The notes under the pieces: generated by a model | What the model was told of the DNA's origin: nothing | Databases searched by the model: none | What the model saw: the letters and a program-made list of their open reading frames with translations, nothing else | NCBI GenBank assembly: GCA_050942745.1 | Contig: JBMNNX010000002.1 | Location: 11,896 to 75,895 of the forward strand | Reading direction: 5' to 3' | DNA: 64,000 nucleotides | Source: Myxococcales bacterium | GTDB lineage: Bacteria > Myxococcota > Myxococcia > Myxococcales > UBA5297 | Part shown: positions 55,108 through 62,800 of the stretch, in pieces | Layout of the letters: every line of letters begins with the position of its first letter | Position numbering within the stretch: the stretch's first letter is position 1 | Program-made: the position numbers and the translations under genes

Positions 55108-56627
55108 CAGCTCTCCAGATACTTGGACTGTCTCTGCGGAAGGTGGCTGATCCAGCGCAGGTCGCGGGGCGCGCCTCCGGCGAGCAGATGGCCGAAGAGG
55201 GCGACATGGCGCTGGTAGGCCTCCTCCGGGCTTTGGCACCCGTAGCCGACCGTCGGCCGGTGCGGGATGCGCTCCATGGTCGCCAGCTCGCGCAGCGCGT
55301 CCGCGAGCGCCCGGCGCACACGATCGACGCCCGAGTTGCCGAGCAGCGCCTGATCGAAGTCCGCGAGCGTCAGGGTGCGCCAGTCATCGAAGGCCGCCGG
55401 AAGGAGTATCCCTGGCGTCCCGCGGAGCTGCTCGACGGCCGCGCCCACTTCGGTCGAGACGACCGGCGTCCCGCGCCGCAGTGCCTCGGAGATGGCGAGG
55501 CTCCACCCTTCGCTGAACGAGGGCATGACGAGCGCGGTCGCCAGATCGAGGAAGCGGTGGACGTCGCCGCGCCGTCCGACGAAAGCCACCTGCGACTCGA
55601 GCCCGTGGGCGGTGACGAATGCCCTCAGGCGATCGCCGCACTCCTCGCGAAGCTGGCCGCCGACGAAGACGAGCCGACACCGGGGGCATTCGGGCGCTAT
55701 CTCCGCGAACGCCTCAAGCAGCAGGTGCTGGCCTTTCACCGGGTAGAGGCTGCCGACGTTGACGAAGACCGCCTCGTCCGGGCCGATGCCGAGCTCGGCG
55801 CGCAATCGCGCGCTCTCCTCGGGCGTCGAGGGCGGCGCCGTCGCGGCGTGACAGCCGTTCGGGAAGACGACCATCTTCGACGGCGACAGCCCGAGGTTGA
55901 GGTCGGCGAAACAGGCGACTATCGCCGAGACGCACGTATAGGCCGCGGTGACGCAGTCGGCCCGCTGCCAACGCTCGCGCTCCGCGTCGTCGAGCCAGAA
56001 GTAGGGGCTGTGGAGCGTCTGGACGAACGGAATCCCGGCCTCGTGGCTCGCCTCGGCCAGCGCTATGGAGTAGTGGGCGTTCACGAGCGCGACGCGGCGT
56101 TCGCGCAGCACCTGCGTCAGTTGCTCGCGCGAGGGCGGGAGCGCGACGTGTTCGAGGCCGGCGTCGGCGAGGGAGCGCGCGCCTTCGGGCGAGAGGAGGC
56201 CGGTCGTCCCGACTATCGCCTCGAACCCCGAAGCGTTCAGCCGTCGGGCGAGGTCGATGATGACGTTCTCGAGGCCGCCGAAGAGGAAGTCGCCGGTCTG
56301 CAGCATCACCACCCGGCGGTCGGGGCTATCGGGGAGCGGCGCGAGCTGAGGGGCTTGGAAGCGTGCGCCTCGCTGAACCGCCTGGACGAAGCGCTGCGCG
56401 ATCCGCATGGCGTGGCCGAGGTCTGCAGCTTGGGCGACCAGCGGGTGGAGCAGGCTCAGCCTCTCGTAGCTCAAAGCGTCGAAGCAGATGACGAGATCGG
56501 TGTCCTCGTAGACGCGCGCCCTCTGCCGGTACAGGCCGCTGCCCCGGCTTCGGCAAAGAGCGACGACGATCCGATCTCTCAACGCTTCCTTGGGGAAGCG
56601 GGGCAGCTCGTCGCTGAAGATGACCAT
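55107..56627 (-). CDS. Glycosyltransferase family 4 (GT-B, retaining type)
   Basis: ORF 55107..57251; start moved to ATG 56627 (MVIFSDELPRF). The longer N-terminus is Arg/Ala-rich and would overlap the lipoprotein gene 56992..57474. Motifs: RVVMLQTGDFLFGGLENVIIDLAR, FVNVGSLYPVKGQHLLLEAF, and PSFSEGWSLAISEALRRGTPVV (EX7E). Confidence 0.8.
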   Translation of the reverse strand: MVIFSDELPRFPKEALRDRIVVALCRSRGSGLYRQRARVYEDTDLVICFDALSYERLSLLHPLVAQAADLGHAMRIAQRFVQAVQRGARFQAPQLAPLPDSPDRRVVMLQTGDFLFGGLENVIIDLARRLNASGFEAIVGTTGLLSPEGARSLADAGLEHVALPPSREQLTQVLRERRVALVNAHYSIALAEASHEAGIPFVQTLHSPYFWLDDAERERWQRADCVTAAYTCVSAIVACFADLNLGLSPSKMVVFPNGCHAATAPPSTPEESARLRAELGIGPDEAVFVNVGSLYPVKGQHLLLEAFAEIAPECPRCRLVFVGGQLREECGDRLRAFVTAHGLESQVAFVGRRGDVHRFLDLATALVMPSFSEGWSLAISEALRRGTPVVSTEVGAAVEQLRGTPGILLPAAFDDWRTLTLADFDQALLGNSGVDRVRRALADALRELATMERIPHRPTVGYGCQSPEEAYQRHVALFGHLLAGGAPRDLRWISHLPQRQSKYLES

Positions 56628-56991
56628 CGGCCGGGCCGATCGATCGGCTCGCGCGGTTCCCGGCTCGCTGGCTTGGCCGGTAGAAGAGCGGCATCCCTGC
56701 GCCTTGGCGAGCTCGCGCCGGACGAGGGAGCTCGGCGCCGGGCTCGATTCGCAAGGAGGCCGCCCCTCGCCGTGGTCAGCTTCGGCCAGCGATTCGGCGA
56801 CGAGGTCCGACAAGCGGAGCTTGCGGCAGGGCGAAAGGCGATTCAGGGCGATCAAGGTGTCGGCTCTCAGGGGCGTGGAGACTCCTCGATCTTCCAGGAC
56901 AGTGCAACCGTCGCTTCGGCGCGCGCGGGCGAGGCCGCCTCGGCGCGCCCAGCGCGCGCGGCTCGCCTCGCCGGTCCGAGGAGGAGCTCGC

Positions 56992-57474
56992 TCACTGATA
57001 CCCGCCGTAACAACAGGACTCGTCGCACGGGACGTCGCCGGGGGTGACGCACCCCTTCGGCGAATGCGTGCAGCCAATAGGGCACGCTTCTTCGCTCTCC
57101 GCGGGGAGGCAGCCTCTTTGAGGCGAGGTGAGGAGCACGGCGCAGTGATACCCGGAGCGGCACTCGCTGCCCTGACCGCAACGAGCGAGGCACATCCCGG
57201 TCGCGCCCGAGATATGGCAAGGCCCCAGGCCCGGACACTGGGCGTCCGCAAGACACGATTGCGTGCAGTAGCCGTCGGGGAAACTGGTGTTGCACTGGCC
57301 CGATTCGCACTCCGGGCTCGAGCGGCAGGCCTCGCCGAGCGCGGCGAGCTCGGGCTCGGGCCTGGGTTCGCGCATACCCTCCTCCGGAGCGAGGTCGTCT
57401 ACGTCGTACACCAGCACGCAGCCGCTGAGGGTCGCCGCGAGCAGGGCGAGCGGGCACAGAAGGGCTCGACGCAT
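56992..57474 (-). CDS. Cysteine-rich lipoprotein
   Basis: ORF 56992..57492. ATG 57474 gives MRRALLCPLALLAATLSGC, a signal peptide plus lipobox. The mature part has ~20 Cys in CxxGxC-like spacing (CRSSPECESGQC, CLADAQCPGLGPC, CGQGSECRSGYHC). Confidence 0.7.
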   Translation of the reverse strand: MRRALLCPLALLAATLSGCVLVYDVDDLAPEEGMREPRPEPELAALGEACRSSPECESGQCNTSFPDGYCTQSCLADAQCPGLGPCHISGATGMCLARCGQGSECRSGYHCAVLLTSPQRGCLPAESEEACPIGCTHSPKGCVTPGDVPCDESCCYGGYQ

Positions 57475-57495
57475 GAAGGTCTCCTTGGGCATCGC

Positions 57496-58395
57496 CTAGA
57501 GCCGCCCGGAAACGCCGATCCCCAGCGAGGACGGACCGAGGGCGGGGTGAAACGCGACGGAGGAGGGCTCGTCGTCGCCTCCGGTGGTGAACAGGAGCAC
57601 GGTGCCGACACCCGCCGCGACGATGCTGGCGCCGAGCAGCACGTCGGCCACGATCGCCTTGGTCTCGATGCCGCCTTTCTCCCTCGCGTAGATGGACGGG
57701 TAGCTCGGACTGTCTCGCTTGTCGCTCAGATCGTCGTAGGCCGACTTGGTGAGCAGGGCGAAGGCGCCGCTGCCGGCGAGCAGCAGGGCCCCGCCGCCTA
57801 GAGTCAGGTACGCGGGCAGCCTGTTCGAGCCGGAGCCCGACGGCTTGCTCGAGACGCTGGCCGCGGGCACGTCCTTGACCGGTGCGCTCGCGGACGGAGC
57901 CCGGCCGTGTCCGAGCGCCTGGAGAATCTCGCGCGCGGTGAGCTGGGCGGCCTCGACGAGGGCGTCCTCGTTGGGCTCGCAGAAGCGCGCGGCGCGGGCG
58001 ACGACCTTTGCGCTGCGAACGTCAACGAGGATGAGCGAGAGCCTGTGGCGCGAGCCGATGGCCCCGACTTGCCCGGTCAACATGTACTCGACGCCCAGCG
58101 CGCCGCCGATCTCGGCCAGGCAGCTCGAGCTCTCGTCGCAGGCCAGCAGCTGGCGCTGTCGGTCGTAGTCGAGCATCGCGGTGATCTCATTGCGCGCGAT
58201 CACCTCGAGCCCTTCGGCTCGACCGAGCTCGGTGGTGATGATCTCCGAGAGGATTTCTGCCGTTCCTTCGGAGAGCCTCTGAACCACTTCGAGGTTCATC
58301 ACCGCGATCTTCGCGCGGGGAGGTGCGGCGCTGACCGTTGAGGAGAGCAGCAGGATGACCGCCGTGAACGTCCGGGTCGGGATTCGAAAGTTCAT
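57496..58395 (-). CDS. Secreted/membrane-anchored hypothetical protein (LpoB/CsgG-like N-terminal domain, Gly/Ala-rich double-TM tail)
   Basis: ORF 57496..58620. ATG 58395 gives MNFRIPTRTFTAVILLLSSTVSA, a signal peptide. KIAVMNLE...ITTELGR..GLEVIARNEITAML...CLAEIGGALGVEYMLTGQVGAIGSRHRLSLILVDV is a fold common in envelope lipoproteins. The tail has two hydrophobic segments (LTLGGGALLLAGSGAFALL and VLLGASIVAAGVGTVLLF). Confidence 0.6.
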   Translation of the reverse strand: MNFRIPTRTFTAVILLLSSTVSAAPPRAKIAVMNLEVVQRLSEGTAEILSEIITTELGRAEGLEVIARNEITAMLDYDRQRQLLACDESSSCLAEIGGALGVEYMLTGQVGAIGSRHRLSLILVDVRSAKVVARAARFCEPNEDALVEAAQLTAREILQALGHGRAPSASAPVKDVPAASVSSKPSGSGSNRLPAYLTLGGGALLLAGSGAFALLTKSAYDDLSDKRDSPSYPSIYAREKGGIETKAIVADVLLGASIVAAGVGTVLLFTTGGDDEPSSVAFHPALGPSSLGIGVSGRL

Positions 58396-58616
58396 GGCCG
58401 CGCATGATAGTCCAGACGACACTTTGACCTGCAGCGTTGCGTGTCGATGAAGCGGCCTGGTACTGGCGGTGAACCGTACGGGCGGTTGAAAGGGGTGGAC
58501 GGCGGAGCTCCAGCTCCGCCAAACGCCGTGGCCGGCAACCCGGAATTCGCGCGGTGTTCGCACGTGTGAACACCGGCCCGCCTTCCTGTCCGCGGACGTC
58601 CGCGCGCTTCGCCGAC

Positions 58617-58943
58617 TCAAAAAACGAAGCTCGCCCCCGCCACCAACCCGCCGTCGAGCGGAGCGACGCCGACCAGCCTCGCTCCGGAATCGGCCCGTTC
58701 GCCCGGCTCGAGGACCAGACGGTTGTGGCCTCTGTTCGTCAGGCCGACGAGCCCTCCGACCAGCGCGATCGTGGCGCCCACGCCGGCGGCGATGAGCCCG
58801 CCTTTCGCAAACCGAAGCTCGCGGCCCTCGCCGCCCTCGGCGCGCGACGCGCCGGCGAAGATGACCTCGCCGACCGCGAGAGCGGCGCCGACGAGCGCGG
58901 TTCCGCCGCCCACCGCGAGGCTCGTTATCCCGAGCGCTAGCAT
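58617..58943 (-). CDS. Gly/Ala-rich double-TM tail ORF ending GASFVF; either a small coupled gene or the shifted C-terminus of 58937..59332
   Basis: Tail of track ORF 58617..59216. ATG 58943 overlaps the upstream TGC-TAG (ATGCTAG). MLALGITSLAVGGGTALVGAALAVG...LIAAGVGATIALVGGLVGL...LVGVAPLDGGLVAGASFVF parallels the C-terminal tail of the neighbouring gene 57496..58395. Confidence 0.35.
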   Translation of the reverse strand: MLALGITSLAVGGGTALVGAALAVGEVIFAGASRAEGGEGRELRFAKGGLIAAGVGATIALVGGLVGLTNRGHNRLVLEPGERADSGARLVGVAPLDGGLVAGASFVF

Positions 58944-59332
58944 CCCGCCGTCGCGCTTCTCGAAGTCACCCGCGCGGCCCCGGGCGCCAGGTTCAGAGTC
59001 TGCTTGAACTCCGCATCGCCGGTCACGGTGATGCGGTTTACGACCGCAAAGAGCGAGAGCGTGCATGGCGTCTCGCAGCTCTTGCCTTCGGCGTGAACGA
59101 CGTAGCGCGCGTCCGGTTCCGCGGCGACGAAGGTGACCAGGCACTGGTCCTGCGCCGGATCGACGGCTGCGGGCGGCGCGGCGAGCGCGACACAGCCCGA
59201 AGTCTCCTGCGACCACCGCTGTCCGGTCGGGCAGCAGTGGGCGCCGTTCGGGCTCGCCCGTTCAGTCGGGCATTCTGGCTGCGCAAACGCGAGCGCAGGG
59301 AGGAACGGCAAGACGAAGAGAGCGAATCGCAT
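58937..59332 (-). CDS. Secreted hypothetical protein (signal peptide; Cys-containing; PEGA-like segment)
   Basis: ORF track, 131 aa. MRFALFVLPFLPALAFAQPECP is a signal peptide. CLVTFVAAEPDARYVVHAEGKSCETPCTLSL...ITVTGDAEFKQTLNLAPG resembles a PEGA-type beta-sandwich. Confidence 0.55.
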   Translation of the reverse strand: MRFALFVLPFLPALAFAQPECPTERASPNGAHCCPTGQRWSQETSGCVALAAPPAAVDPAQDQCLVTFVAAEPDARYVVHAEGKSCETPCTLSLFAVVNRITVTGDAEFKQTLNLAPGAARVTSRSATAGC

Positions 59333-59835
59333 CGAGGCGCCCCCGGGAGAAAGTTCCCGGAAACCTTAACACCGCAACAGCCCGACGGTCACCAAACCAT
59401 GCTCTCCACCGCATTGGTTGGCTCCACTCGGCGTGTAGTCGCCGATGAGGAGGGTGTGCGCGCTCTCTTCCGTACTGCCCGTCAGGTGGCGCGGGCTCAT
59501 CGCGATGCCGATGGAGCTCCAAGTCTCGATTTCTCGCGGATCGGGCGGCCCGCCGCTGCAAGGTGAATCCGAGGCCGCACAGCAGTTCCGAGGCCGTCGC
59601 GGAGCTCGGACCGTTGCCGCCGCCAACGATGAAGACCTGATTCGCCGCCGGGCCGAAGCGACTTCGTCCACGCCGAGACGCGGCGTGCTCCCAACGCCCG
59701 GCAAAGGAGGCGTTCGGAGCGGGCGGCCCAGCGCCAACGGCGTGGGCGCCTTCGGCGGCGAGGTCGGGGCTAGCGCGACAGGCCCCGACTTCGGCCTCGC
59801 GAGCTCGGTCTACGCTCGGGCTGAGCGGTGCTCGC

Positions 59836-62800
59836 TTAGGGTCGAAGCCGGCCGCAGGATCCGAAGCAATCTCTGACCGCCAGCGTCTCCTGTTCGGTGA
59901 CCGTGAAGGCGCCCGCAAGCCTAGCCGAGCAGCCGTCGCCGTCGCGAAGTCCTATCTCATAGCGGCCGACCGCGAGTCCTGCGGGGATGACCGCCCGGAC
60001 CTGGTCGGGCCGCTGCGGGTCGTAGGCGTAGCGCAGGTCCCGAAAGGCGTCGGCGCTGCCCGCTGGCCGGATGCCCACCCAGCTCACGCTCGCGCCGTTG
60101 ATGCCCGAGACGGAGAGCGTCGCCAGCGTGGCGCGCGCCCCGGAGACGATCTCCGGGTAGACGGCGTGAACCGACGGGCCGGGCAGGACGGCGACCGCTT
60201 CCTTCAGCGTCGCCGCGCACCCGGCGCCGCTCGAGGCGGTGACGTCGTAGAGCCCGGGGACGAGGTCGTCGAAGCCGGCCGCCAGCTTGGAGGCGGTCGC
60301 GTAGGCGACGCGGTCGGCGGGCGCCGCGTTGAAGCGGACGACGGTCGCGGGGCCGAAGCCGGAGCCCTCGATGGCGAAGGAGGCCTGCCCCGCGCAGGTC
60401 GAGCGCGGGCTGACCGCGGCGACGATGGGCGGCGGTCCGACCGAGAAGACCGCGCTCGCCGAGCATGCCTCGCCTACCGGGTTGGTCACGGTGACGGTGT
60501 GCGCACCCGCGCTGCCCGCCCCGGGCGGCACCTCGACGACGAGCTCGGTGCACGACTCGATGCCACAGTGCGTCGGGGCGCAGCCGGCCAGCCTCACCAA
60601 GCCCGCTTGTACGCCCGGAGGCTCGAAGCGGATGGTCGGCTCGAAGCCGGCGACGCGCAAGAAACCCTTGCCGTTCAGGGTGAGCTGCGCGGGGACGTTG
60701 CCCTCGCAGGCCATCGCCGGATCGATCGAGGTGATCTCGAAGCTCTCGGTCACCAGCGCCACGCGCGCGGGCGCGCTCTCGAGCATGCCGTCGCTCACCT
60801 TCAGCTCGACGACGTAGGGGGCCTCGAGGCTCGAAGGGACCTGCGGGTCGAAGGACCGGGACGCGGCGGCCGAGCCTTGCAGCGGGTTGGTCGCGCCGGC
60901 GGGCGTGGAGACGAGCTGCCACTGGTAGCCGAGCGAGTCGGAGGCCTGCGGCAGCCCGCAGGCCACGTCGGGATCGAAGCTGGGCGAGCCGTCGAGCAGC
61001 ACGCGCACGCAGGCCGGGATGACGATCTGCGCCAGGTCCGCCGAGGGGCCGAAGGTCGGGCCACCCTCGAGCGCCGCGGTGAGCTGGGCGACGGGCGGCT
61101 TTCCGCCGCAGGGATCGACCTCGACGCTGGCGGTGCGCACCGCGCTGCGCCGGCCGGTCGAGTCGGTGGCGGCGACGGCGACGACGTAGCTGCCGCCCGC
61201 GTCGGGGACGAAGGATGCGTCGCGGCGGGTCGCGTCGTCGAAGCGCGCGCGGCTGCCGGCGGGCAGCTCCTGGAACCACCACTGGAAGTCGAGGTGCTGG
61301 CTCGCGCCGCAGGGGATCTGGATGTCGGCGTCCTGCGCGTTGGAGTGCAGGACGATGAAGCCGTTGACGTGCGCGCGGGAGATGGGATCGACGGCCGGCG
61401 CGACCGTCGGGGCGGCCGCTCCGCAGGCGGTGACCGTCAGGGCCGCGGTCTTGGCGTCGGAGCGACCCGTGGGGTCGGTGACGGTGATCTCGAGCTGATA
61501 GGCGCCGGGGACGTCGGGGACGAAGCCGGCGACGAGGCGGTCGGCGCCGGTGATCGCCGCGGCGCTCGCGGCCGGCGCCGAGAGCACCCGCCAGGCGAAG
61601 GTGTTCGAGAACGGCGTGCCGAGCGCCGACTGGCATTCGGCGCCGTCGTCGGCGTCCTGGAAGGCGGCCCGCAGCTCGACGGTCTGGCCGACGGCCGAAA
61701 CCATCGGGTGGGCGTCGGCCGAGAGGATGACCGGCGCGTTGGCGCCGCAGCCGTGCACCGAGACGGTGACGTCGGCGGGCCGGCTCGACAGCCCGGCCGA
61801 GTCGGTCACGATGAGGCGCGCGGTGTAGTCGCCGGGGAAGTCGGCGACGAAGGAAGGCTCGCGGGCGCGGTTGTCGGAGAGCTGCGCGGTGCTGCCTGCC
61901 GGGGCCGACAGGAGCGCCCAGGCGTACGAGAAGCTCTGGGGCATGGGGAGCGAGCAGACCGGCTCGTTGTCCGAGTCGCTGACCGCGGGGACGAGCCGGA
62001 TGGCCTTGCCGACGTGGGCGCTCGCCGGATCGGCGGCGACCGCCGCGACCGGCGCGTTGGCGCTGCAGCCGCTCGCGGTGACGCTCACCCGCGCCGGCGC
62101 GCTCGAGTTGCCGGTCGAGTCGACGGCGACGAGGCGCAGGACGTACTCGCCGGGGAGGTCGGGGGCGAAGGAGGGCGCGAGCGCGGCGGCGTCGTCGAGC
62201 ACCGCGCGGCTGCCGGCCGGCAGTGACTCGAAGGACCAGCCGTAGGTGAAGCTCTGGCCGGCGAGGCAGTGGGCGTCGTTGTCGGCGTCGGCGACGGCGC
62301 CCCGTAGCCGCACCGCTTGGCCGATCGCGGGCGCGCTCGGCTGGGCGGAGGCGGAGGCGACCGGGGCGGCGCCTCCGCAGGAGGTCGCGGAGACGGTGAC
62401 GCGGGCGGGCTCCGAGCTTCGGCCGGTCGAGTCGCTGGCGACAAGGCGCACGACGTAGTCCCCGGCGACGTCGGGGGCGAACGAGGGCTGGCGCGCGGTC
62501 GACGAGCTGAGCGCGGCGCGGCTGCCGGCCGGCAGCGACTCGAAGGCCCACTGCCAGCTTACGCTCTGGCCGTCGAGGCAGAAGGCGTCGTTGTCCGGAT
62601 CGGTCGCCGAGGCGCTGAGCAGCACGGGCTGACCCGGGTTCGGCGCGGCCGGAGTCGCCGAAGCGGCCGCGATCGGCGGGTTGGCCCCGCAGGCCGCGAC
62701 GGCGACGGTCGCGAAGGCGGGGGCGCTGCGGTGGCCGGCCGAGTCGGTGACCACGAGGCGCAGCACGTAGTCGCCGGCGACGTCGGGGACGAAGCTCGGC

